Positions 20,084 to 26,827 of a stretch of 64,000 bases of DNA are shown piece after piece (the stretch's first letter is position 1; each line of letters starts with the position of its first letter). The notes under the pieces were generated by a model. It worked only from the letters and a program-made list of their open reading frames with translations, was not told the origin of the DNA and made no database searches. The stretch is from an uncultured Bacteroidales bacterium (GTDB taxonomy: Bacteria; Bacteroidota; Bacteroidia; Bacteroidales; WCHB1-69). The stretch covers positions 21,086 through 85,085 of the forward strand of contig CALECM010000073.1 of the NCBI GenBank assembly GCA_937949745.1, given 5' to 3'. Made by a program: the position numbers and the translations under genes.

Positions 20084-20680
20084 ATGAAAAAATTAATGAA
20101 AATTATTTCACTTTCATTTATTGTGATTTTTTTAACCGGAAATGCTGTTACATATGCGCAATCTTCCTATAATCACAGTATTGGGGTTACGATAGGAACA
20201 TTTTATGGTCCGACTTATAAAACTTTTTTGATGGAAAAAATGGCGTTGCAGGTTGATTTGGGGGTTAAGCTAAATACCATACTCGACTGGCCCGGAGTGG
20301 CATGGGACCTGGAACTGAATCCTAATCTGGCTTATCAAAGTAATATAGGAAATAGCGGATTATTATGGTTTGCCGGAGGAGGGCTGAGCCTGGGGTATGC
20401 TTTTGTAGAGACCTATAAAAGTTATAGCGACTATTTTAATGCGGGTAAGTTCGGGGTGAATGCTATCATCGGCATGGAATATATTTTTTCATCCGTGCCG
20501 CTGTCTCTCCAGCTTGACTTTCGTCCGGGATATGGATTGATATTCTACAATGAGATATTAGACCCATCGGATATATGGTGGGCTGAAATTTTAGGAATGA
20601 CGGATAAAGATTACAAGTATAAAATAAGAGATCATTATTTCGACTGGACTATTGGTTTAAGCCTTAGATATACTTTCTAA
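20084..20680 (+). CDS. Small outer-membrane beta-barrel protein, paralog 2 (tandem duplicate)
   Basis: 198 aa, near-identical to paralog 1 over the first ~105 aa and the last ~20 aa, with terminal RYTF. TAnnTTTG box tacatttg at 20014-20021. Confidence 0.65.
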   Translation: MKKLMKIISLSFIVIFLTGNAVTYAQSSYNHSIGVTIGTFYGPTYKTFLMEKMALQVDLGVKLNTILDWPGVAWDLELNPNLAYQSNIGNSGLLWFAGGGLSLGYAFVETYKSYSDYFNAGKFGVNAIIGMEYIFSSVPLSLQLDFRPGYGLIFYNEILDPSDIWWAEILGMTDKDYKYKIRDHYFDWTIGLSLRYTF

Positions 20681-20735
20681 GGTTACTTAATTTATTGCAT
20701 CCCATACGAATGACCAAAACGTAGATCTGCTTTCT

Positions 20736-20807
20736 GTCATTCTGAGCGAAGCGAAGAATCTGGTTTCTGTATAATACAAGGGATCCTTCACTATCGTTCA
20801 GGATGAC
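20736..20807. repeat. Two type-1 hairpin repeats in inverted orientation
   Basis: gtcATTCTgagcgaagcgaAGAATc at 20736-20760 (+), and the reverse complement of 20781-20807, which reads gtcATCCTgaacgatagtgaAGGATcc. Confidence 0.85.
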
Positions 20808-20883
20808 AAAACCTAATACGTATTTACTGAAAACAGATACTGGGGATCGAAATATTTGTTTAGGATGGCGTTTATTAAAGATT

Positions 20884-20957
20884 GTCATTCTGAGCGAAGA
20901 ATCTGTTTCCCGTATAATCCGGATTTTTACGGACACTGAGTTTATCGAAGTGTTCGT
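20884..20957 (+). repeat. Composite intergenic hairpin repeat, copy C
   Basis: gtcATTCTgagcgaAGAATc (short loop) at 20884-20903. ACGGACACT-GAGTTTATCGA-AGTGTTCGT at 20929-20957, where one stem position becomes a G-T pair. Confidence 0.85.
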
Positions 20958-21341
20958 CTCTGATATGATAAGTCAACTTTTTGGACTTTCTTTTTTATCC
21001 AGCACAATTTGCGCGATATTTTAGAGAACCGGATATTATAGTTACTAGTTTCCTGCATGGTTTTAGCCTATCTGCTAAAGATCATTTTTATCCTTCGGAA
21101 TGGAAAAATTTCTTTTTTCTGACTAAAAAATTCCCTTATTTTCTATCTCTTGATTTTTTTCTCCTAATACAGAATTAATTCCATATTAAATTAACAAAAA
21201 AATAATATTTTGTTACCTGAGAATCTATAAATAAACTGATTTATTGTATTGATAATGAATTATATATATTATTCCGGTATGAAATTGTCAAAAAATGCCG
21301 TTTTTAAATAAAGAAAAAAATCTTTATTCGGAAATTTTTCG

Positions 21342-21349
21342 TATCTTTG
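21342..21349 (+). promoter_or_regulatory. Bacteroidota-type -7 promoter box (TAnnTTTG) for rex and probably the whole rex-hydCBA transcript
   Basis: tatctttg lies 21 nt upstream of the rex ATG. I found no further TAnnTTTG box in the 45-nt rex-hydC gap. Confidence 0.55.
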
Positions 21350-21369
21350 CAACGAAAACAAAGTGTAAA

Positions 21370-22032
21370 ATGGGAACCAAGAACGGGAAAATCAGAAAAA
21401 CTATGCAGGGTGTTCCGGAGCCAACCATCCGGCGCATGCCCACATATTTGAATTTGATTAGGGAGTTGAGGGAAAAAGGAGAAATCAATATATCAGCACC
21501 ACAGATAAGCAACAGGCTCAGTATGGATTCGACACAGGTAGTAAAAGATCTTTCCTATGCAGGAGCATCCGGCAAGCCTAAGGTAGGCTATGTGCTGGAA
21601 GATCTGTTTGATTGCCTGCAGGATTTCCTGGGTTATAACAGGCGCCAGGAAGCATTTTTAGTAGGTGCCGGATGTTTGGGTAGCGCCCTGATCCAGTATC
21701 GCGGTTTTTCGGAAACATCCATGGACATCGTGGCGGCTTTCGATAATGATCCGGAAAAGGTAGGATCTGATATAGGAGGAATTCCTGTTTTCAGCATGGA
21801 AAAATACCGTGATCTTGCCGACCGGCTTCATATTCCGATCGGTATTATCACAACGCCCGCTTCGGCGGCCCAGGAAGTTGCCGATCTCATGGTCGCCTGG
21901 GGCATCAAGGCTATCTGGAATTTTGCTCCGGTTGTCCTGAAAGTGCCTTCACACGTCATCATGCAGGATACGCACATTTATGCCAATCTCGCCGTCATCC
22001 TGAATAAGCTGGCGGTATTGCAGGAGAAATAA
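21370..22032 (+). CDS. rex: Redox-sensing transcriptional repressor Rex
   Basis: PEPTIRRMPTYLNLIREL winged-helix N-terminus and NAD(H) Rossmann motif LVGAGCLGSAL. ATG at 21370 lies 21 nt after the TAnnTTTG box at 21342-21349. The track start 21295 lies upstream of that promoter box. Confidence 0.9.
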   Translation: MGTKNGKIRKTMQGVPEPTIRRMPTYLNLIRELREKGEINISAPQISNRLSMDSTQVVKDLSYAGASGKPKVGYVLEDLFDCLQDFLGYNRRQEAFLVGAGCLGSALIQYRGFSETSMDIVAAFDNDPEKVGSDIGGIPVFSMEKYRDLADRLHIPIGIITTPASAAQEVADLMVAWGIKAIWNFAPVVLKVPSHVIMQDTHIYANLAVILNKLAVLQEK

Positions 22033-22077
22033 TCACAATATCATAACTTAATATTCCACAGTTATAAAATAAACATC

Positions 22078-22584
22078 ATGAACACACAAAACACGATGGT
22101 AAACGAAACCACGAGGCATTTCAAGCAGGTACTCGATATTATCGAGAAATACGACCGCGATAAAACGCGCCTCATTACTATCCTGCAGGAAGTGCAGGCA
22201 GTATACCGCTATCTTCCGCAGGAAGTGTTGACCTATGTAGCCACTGCATTGGATATGCCTGTTGCGCAGGTATACGGGGTCGCTACCTTCTATGCTCATT
22301 TTTCTTTGGAAGCCAAAGGAAAATATGTTATCAAAGTTTGCGACGGTACGGCATGCCATGTTAAAGGTTCATCCAAATTACTGGATACCATTACCGGGAA
22401 ATTGAAATTGTCCAAGGATAAACATACGACCGATGATATGTTGTTCACGCTGGAAGCGGTAAGTTGCCTCGGTGCATGCGGACTCGCCCCTGTAATGGTG
22501 ATCAACGAACAGGTCTATGGCGAGGTAACCTCGAAAAAATGTGAAGAGATTATTGATGAAATTATCAATAACGAAAAACAGTAA
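22078..22584 (+). CDS. hydC: NuoE-like [2Fe-2S] thioredoxin-fold subunit of NAD(H)-linked [FeFe] hydrogenase (HydC/HndA type)
   Basis: 168 aa with the NuoE pattern CDGTACHVKG...VSCLGACGLAP. It lies 45 nt after rex, and I found no TAnnTTTG box in the gap. Confidence 0.85.
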   Translation: MNTQNTMVNETTRHFKQVLDIIEKYDRDKTRLITILQEVQAVYRYLPQEVLTYVATALDMPVAQVYGVATFYAHFSLEAKGKYVIKVCDGTACHVKGSSKLLDTITGKLKLSKDKHTTDDMLFTLEAVSCLGACGLAPVMVINEQVYGEVTSKKCEEIIDEIINNEKQ

Positions 22585-22619
22585 GCGGGTTTCCAATTAA
22601 CTTATAAAAAAGAGAAGAA

Positions 22620-24518
22620 ATGGCTACAATAAATTTAAAAGAAATAAAAGAGAACTTTAGTAAAGCGGCTTCCCACATTGATAAACGTATCGTGGTTTGT
22701 GCGGGAACAGGTTGTATTGCCAACGGGTCGCTTAAAGTATATGAAGAGTTTGAGAGATGTCTGAAAGAGGCAGGTCTGGACTTGTTCGTGGACCTGAAAC
22801 TGAATTATCATGATGACGAGAAGGCTTATCAGTTGACTGGAAGCGGTTGCCAGGGATTCTGTGCCCAGGGACCACTGGTAAATATCCTTCCTTCGGAAAC
22901 CATGTATACCAAAGTAAAGCCGGAAGATGTTCCGGAAATTATAGAACGCTCTATTAAAAATGAAGAAGTAATAGACCGTCTTTTATATGTAAATCCTGCT
23001 GATGGGAAAAGAAGTAAAGGACAAACCGAAATACCATTTTATAAACGTCAAACCCGTTTGGTATTGGGAGAATGCGGTCACCTGGATCCGAGTAACATCC
23101 GTGAATATATATCCCATGACGGATACGCGGCTGCCGAAAAAGCTTTTACTAAAATGACCCCGGAAGAAGTGTGCAATACGGTTCTGGAATCCGGTCTTCG
23201 CGGACGTGGCGGCGGCGGTTTTCCTACCGGACGTAAATGGTTGTTAACCTTACAGGAAGATTCCCCGAAAAAGTATGTGATATGTAATGGTGACGAAGGT
23301 GACCCGGGTGCTTTCATGGACAGGAGTTTAATGGAAGGAAATCCACACCGTGTACTGGAAGGAATGATGATCGCGGCGAGAGGTATCGGTGCGGATGAAG
23401 CTCATGTATACGTACGTCTCGAATATCCTTTGGCTATCGAAAGAATGAAAAAAGCGATCGATGATGCTATGGAAATCGGTATATTGGGAGAAAATGTATT
23501 TGGTAGCGGACATAATATGCACATCCATATTATGGAAGGTGCCGGAGCGTTTGTTTGCGGAGAAGAAACCGCCCTCATGGCTTCGATCGAAGGTAAAAGG
23601 GGAATGCCCATGCCGAAACCGCCATTTCCTGCGCAAAAAGGATTGTTCGGCAAACCTACCGTTATCAATAACGTGGAAACACTGGCAGCCGTACCGCTGA
23701 TCGTAAGGAATGGTCCTGAATGGTTCAATGCCTACGGTACTGAAAAATCCAAAGGAACCAAAACTTTCGCTTTAACCGGACATGTGGCCAATACAGGTTT
23801 GATTGAAGTTCCTTTCGGAACTACATTAAGGGAAATTGTATATAATATCGGTGGCGGCGTAACCGATGATTCCGGTAAAATTACCGGTGAAGGATTCAAA
23901 GCGATCCAGATCGGGGGTCCTTCCGGCGGATGTTTGACGGAAGATGACATTGACCTTCCTATCGATTACGATACATTATTGCAAAAAGGAGCCATGGTAG
24001 GATCCGGCGGATTGGTAGTAATGAATAAACAATCCTGTATGGTTTCCATTGCGCGCTTCTTCATGAATTTTACCCAGAATGAAAGTTGCGGAAAATGCGT
24101 TCCCTGCCGGGAAGGTACCAAACAGATGCTCTCTTTATTGGATGAGATCATCGACGGAACAGCTACCGAAGAAAGCTTCGAGCTTTTACAGGAAGTGGCC
24201 CAGGTAGTGAAAAAAGCTTCCCTCTGTGCATTGGGTAAAACAGCTCCCAGTCCGGTAATCTCTACAATCGATAAATTCCTGGATGAATATAAGGAGCATA
24301 TTTTCGACAAGCGATGCTCTACCAATAACTGTAAAGCGCTGGCCAGCATTACGATCGATGCTGAAAAATGTATCGGCTGTACTTCCTGTGCCCGTAAATG
24401 TCCTGTAGGAGCCATAAGCGGAGAAAAGAAACAACCTCATGTTATCGATCCCGCTTTATGTATAAAATGCGGTGTATGCGCAGAAGCTTGTAAGTTTAAT
24501 GCTGTAATAGGTTTTTAA
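22620..24518 (+). CDS. hydB: NuoF-like FMN/NAD(H)-binding subunit of [FeFe] hydrogenase (HydB/HndC type) with N-terminal [2Fe-2S] and C-terminal 2x[4Fe-4S] domains
   Basis: 632 aa with GLRGRGGGGFPTGRKW, CNGDEGDPGAF, ESCGKCVPCREG and C-terminal ferredoxin motifs CIGCTSCARKCP and CIKCGVCAEAC. Confidence 0.9.
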   Translation: MATINLKEIKENFSKAASHIDKRIVVCAGTGCIANGSLKVYEEFERCLKEAGLDLFVDLKLNYHDDEKAYQLTGSGCQGFCAQGPLVNILPSETMYTKVKPEDVPEIIERSIKNEEVIDRLLYVNPADGKRSKGQTEIPFYKRQTRLVLGECGHLDPSNIREYISHDGYAAAEKAFTKMTPEEVCNTVLESGLRGRGGGGFPTGRKWLLTLQEDSPKKYVICNGDEGDPGAFMDRSLMEGNPHRVLEGMMIAARGIGADEAHVYVRLEYPLAIERMKKAIDDAMEIGILGENVFGSGHNMHIHIMEGAGAFVCGEETALMASIEGKRGMPMPKPPFPAQKGLFGKPTVINNVETLAAVPLIVRNGPEWFNAYGTEKSKGTKTFALTGHVANTGLIEVPFGTTLREIVYNIGGGVTDDSGKITGEGFKAIQIGGPSGGCLTEDDIDLPIDYDTLLQKGAMVGSGGLVVMNKQSCMVSIARFFMNFTQNESCGKCVPCREGTKQMLSLLDEIIDGTATEESFELLQEVAQVVKKASLCALGKTAPSPVISTIDKFLDEYKEHIFDKRCSTNNCKALASITIDAEKCIGCTSCARKCPVGAISGEKKQPHVIDPALCIKCGVCAEACKFNAVIGF

Positions 24519-24536
24519 TAGAAAGGAAACATTATA

Positions 24537-26594
24537 ATGGAAACTAAAGGAACAATCAATATAGACGGGATGACCATCCCGATTGAGAATGAAAAAAATA
24601 TTCTCGAAGTGATCCGTAAAGCCGAGATCGAATTACCGACTTTCTGTTATCACTCTCATTTAAGTACTTACGGTGCCTGCAGGCTTTGCGTTTGCGACAT
24701 CGAAGGCATGGGGATCCAGGCTACCTGTACCATTGCTCCGAGAGATGGAATGGTAGTACGTACCAATACCGAAGAAGTAAGGAAAATAAGAAAAATTAAC
24801 CTGGAATTATTACTGGCCAACCATGACATCAGCTGTCCGAGCTGCGCCCGTTCCAATAACTGTAAATTGCAGGACCTTACCAGAAGGTTAGGAGTCGACA
24901 AAGTACGTTTCAGGAAAACAGATAAAGTAGAACCCATCGATAACCAGTCCTGGAGTATCATTCATGACCCGAACAAATGTATCCTATGCGGCGATTGTGT
25001 ACGGGCATGTAAAGAGATACAGTCTGTAGGCGCGATCGATTTCGTGAACCGCGGTTCGAAAACCACCGTGGCTCCAGCTTACCTGAAAAGTCTGGCGGAT
25101 GTGGAATGTGTATACTGCGGACAATGCGTATCCGTATGTCCTGTGGGTGCGCTTATCCCGAAAGGTGAAACCGAAGAAGTATGGAAAGCGATCCATGATC
25201 CTGAAAAATATGTAGTGGCACAAATCGCGCCTGCTGTTCGCGTGGCGTTAGGCGAAGGCTTTGATATGGAAGCCGGAAGCGTTACCACCGGACAAATTGT
25301 GGCGGCTCTTAAAAGAATCGGTTTCGACCAGGTATACGACACCTCTTTCGCAGCCGACCTTACCGTATTGGAAGAAGCGACCGAATTTATCGAAAGAAAG
25401 ATCAAAGGGGAAAAACTTCCGCAATTTACTTCCTGCTGCCCAAGCTGGGTGAAATTTACCGAACAATATTATCCGGAATTACTTCCTAATCTCTCAACCT
25501 GTAAATCACCGCAACAGATGTTTGGCAGTGTGGCACGGGAAGTATTACCCAAATTACTCAATATCAAACCCGAACAATTGGTTATCGTTTCTATTATGCC
25601 TTGTACGGCTAAGAAATTCGAAGCCAAGAGAGAAGAATTTATTCATGACGGCGTTGCGGAAGTAGACCACGTATTAAGTACGGAAGGTCTCGGCAGAATG
25701 ATCCATGAAACAGGGATACAGTTCAAAAAACTGACTCCCGAATCATTTGATCTTCCGCTTGGTTTTAAGACCGGTGCCGGTGTTATTTTCGGTAATTCAG
25801 GTGGTGTAAGCGAAGCTGTTTTACGTTTTGCCTACGAAAAACTGACCGGTGAAAAATTACTGGATAATGATTTTAAAATAGTAAGGGGTACCGACGGCAT
25901 CCGTACTGCGGAACTGGAATTAGGTAAAGTGAAGTTGAAACTGGCTGTTGCCCACGGTTTGGCTCATGCACGCGAACTTTGTGAACAAATCACCCGCGGA
26001 GAGTCTGACTTCGACCTTATTGAAGTTATGTCATGCCCCGGCGGATGTATAGCCGGAGGAGGTCAGCCGGTAAGCTTTGATCACGATTTCCGTGAAAAAC
26101 GTACGCAAGCCCTCTACAATGTGGATAAACAACTCCAGTTACATAAATCCCAGGAAAATCCTTATGTGAAGGAATTATACCAGATGACACTGGGTGAAAT
26201 CGGCGGACCTAAAGCACACGAATTATTACATACCCATTATCATGGCCGTAAGAGAATCGTAAATCAAAATATTACGATCCGTAATACCGAACAACCGAAA
26301 ATCGAAGTTTGCGTATGCGTGGGTACCAATTGTTTCCTTAAAGGTTCGCAGGAATTACTGAAACAACTTATGGACTATGTGACCGAAAATAAACTTGAGG
26401 ACATAGTAGGTTTCGAAGGTCAGGATGAGATGGTAGACGTAAAGGCGACCTTCTGTTTCGAAAGATGTGATCGTGGTCCGGTGGTACGGGTTAACGACAC
26501 TATCATTGAATACGCTTCTTTTGATAAAGTGAGGGAGGTATTGGATAAAGAAGTGGAACGTATCGGAAATATGCTTTCCAAACAACATATTTAA
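24537..26594 (+). CDS. hydA: Catalytic [FeFe] hydrogenase large subunit HydA (group A, multimeric/bifurcating type) with C-terminal thioredoxin-like [2Fe-2S] domain
   Basis: 685 aa. N-terminal 2Fe-2S and 4Fe-4S motifs plus H-cluster motifs FTSCCPSWV, MPCTAKKFE and EVMSCPGGCIAGGGQP. Extra C-terminal Cys pattern CVCVGTNC...FCFERCDRGP. Confidence 0.9.
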   Translation: METKGTINIDGMTIPIENEKNILEVIRKAEIELPTFCYHSHLSTYGACRLCVCDIEGMGIQATCTIAPRDGMVVRTNTEEVRKIRKINLELLLANHDISCPSCARSNNCKLQDLTRRLGVDKVRFRKTDKVEPIDNQSWSIIHDPNKCILCGDCVRACKEIQSVGAIDFVNRGSKTTVAPAYLKSLADVECVYCGQCVSVCPVGALIPKGETEEVWKAIHDPEKYVVAQIAPAVRVALGEGFDMEAGSVTTGQIVAALKRIGFDQVYDTSFAADLTVLEEATEFIERKIKGEKLPQFTSCCPSWVKFTEQYYPELLPNLSTCKSPQQMFGSVAREVLPKLLNIKPEQLVIVSIMPCTAKKFEAKREEFIHDGVAEVDHVLSTEGLGRMIHETGIQFKKLTPESFDLPLGFKTGAGVIFGNSGGVSEAVLRFAYEKLTGEKLLDNDFKIVRGTDGIRTAELELGKVKLKLAVAHGLAHARELCEQITRGESDFDLIEVMSCPGGCIAGGGQPVSFDHDFREKRTQALYNVDKQLQLHKSQENPYVKELYQMTLGEIGGPKAHELLHTHYHGRKRIVNQNITIRNTEQPKIEVCVCVGTNCFLKGSQELLKQLMDYVTENKLEDIVGFEGQDEMVDVKATFCFERCDRGPVVRVNDTIIEYASFDKVREVLDKEVERIGNMLSKQHI

Positions 26595-26611
26595 CCATTT
26601 TCGTAAAAGGA

Positions 26612-26648
26612 CCACCCGGAATAGCTCAGCCGGGTGGCGCCCTTTTTA
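26612..26648 (+). terminator. Candidate intrinsic terminator after hydA
   Basis: CCACCCGG (26612-26619), a 10-nt loop, then CCGGGTGG (26630-26637), followed 5 nt later by TTTTT (26643-26647). The gap before the T-run weakens the call. Confidence 0.5.
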
Positions 26649-26652
26649 ATTA

Positions 26653-26669
26653 TTGTTTAAACTTAACAA
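26653..26669. promoter_or_regulatory. Rex-operator-like imperfect palindrome between the hydA terminator and hydS
   Basis: TTGTTTAAACTTAACAA. The right half TTAACAA matches the TTGTTAA-N4-TTAACAA form of the Rex box. The total length is 17 rather than 18 nt and the left half is TTGTTTA. Confidence 0.3.
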
Positions 26670-26711
26670 TATGAAATAAGGTCTTTACAAAAGAAATAAC
26701 AATCCATTAGA

Positions 26712-26805
26712 GCAACCGGGGACACAGAAATTATTAATACCTATCATATCTCACATTTATTACGGAATAATTTTAAATCCTAAAAGCCCTTGTGTCCCCG
26801 GTAGC
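26712..26805. promoter_or_regulatory. 15-bp inverted repeat (1 mismatch) enclosing a 64-nt AT-rich spacer in the hydS leader
   Basis: GCAACCGGGGACACA (26712-26726) versus the reverse complement of TGTGTCCCCGGTAGC (26791-26805). The core CCGGGGACACA is a perfect 11 bp, and the hydS ATG lies 23 nt downstream. Confidence 0.5.
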
Positions 26806-26827
26806 AAATGGTTTAGAATGTAAAGCT

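Larger units (their letters stand above)
19120..21000 (+). repeat. Tandem duplication (~839-bp period) of promoter, OMP gene and 3' flank, plus a gene-less partial third unit
   Basis: The ATGs at 19245 and 20084 are 839 bp apart. Shared leader atttgcaYcccgaaatgtaaaaaaggttt and shared 3' flank taaggttacttaatttattg..tcccatacgaatgaccaaaacgtagatctgctttctgtcattctgagcgaa occur after both stops. A fragment aactttt..ttctttttta recurs at ~20975-21000. Confidence 0.85.

Noticed and set aside
19036-20957. Possible CRISPR-like or satellite array among the OMP-region repeats
   Set aside because: The spacing is set by an ~839-bp gene duplication rather than regular short spacers. The repeats are heterogeneous composites, some in inverted orientation.
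20664-21024. Two overlapping ORFs (90 aa minus strand, 73 aa plus strand) in the region after OMP paralog 2
   Set aside because: They are made entirely of the intergenic hairpin repeats (peptides such as VILNDSEGS, ILRFAQNDRK and TDTEFIEV). This is the typical spurious translation of these elements.
21191-21215. TTAACAA-N12-TTGTTA upstream of rex as a Rex operator
   Set aside because: The half-sites face the wrong way and are 12 nt rather than 4 nt apart relative to the established TTGTTAA-N4-TTAACAA box. It is kept only as a note in the rex-promoter finding.
21295-21369. Upstream-extended starts in the ORF track (rex 21295, recF 29741, priA 52390, nif3 47600, rsmI 44367, GNATs 56711 and 57431, zinc ribbon 39167, PLD 3090, hydS 26792)
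   Set aside because: For rex, recF, nif3, the two GNATs and the zinc-ribbon gene, the extension begins at a TTG in, or upstream of, the TAnnTTTG promoter box. For priA and PLD it overlaps the preceding gene, and for rsmI it is simply a TTG 6 nt upstream. For hydS it begins at a GTG inside an inverted repeat. In every case an in-frame ATG with a sensible N-terminus lies just downstream.
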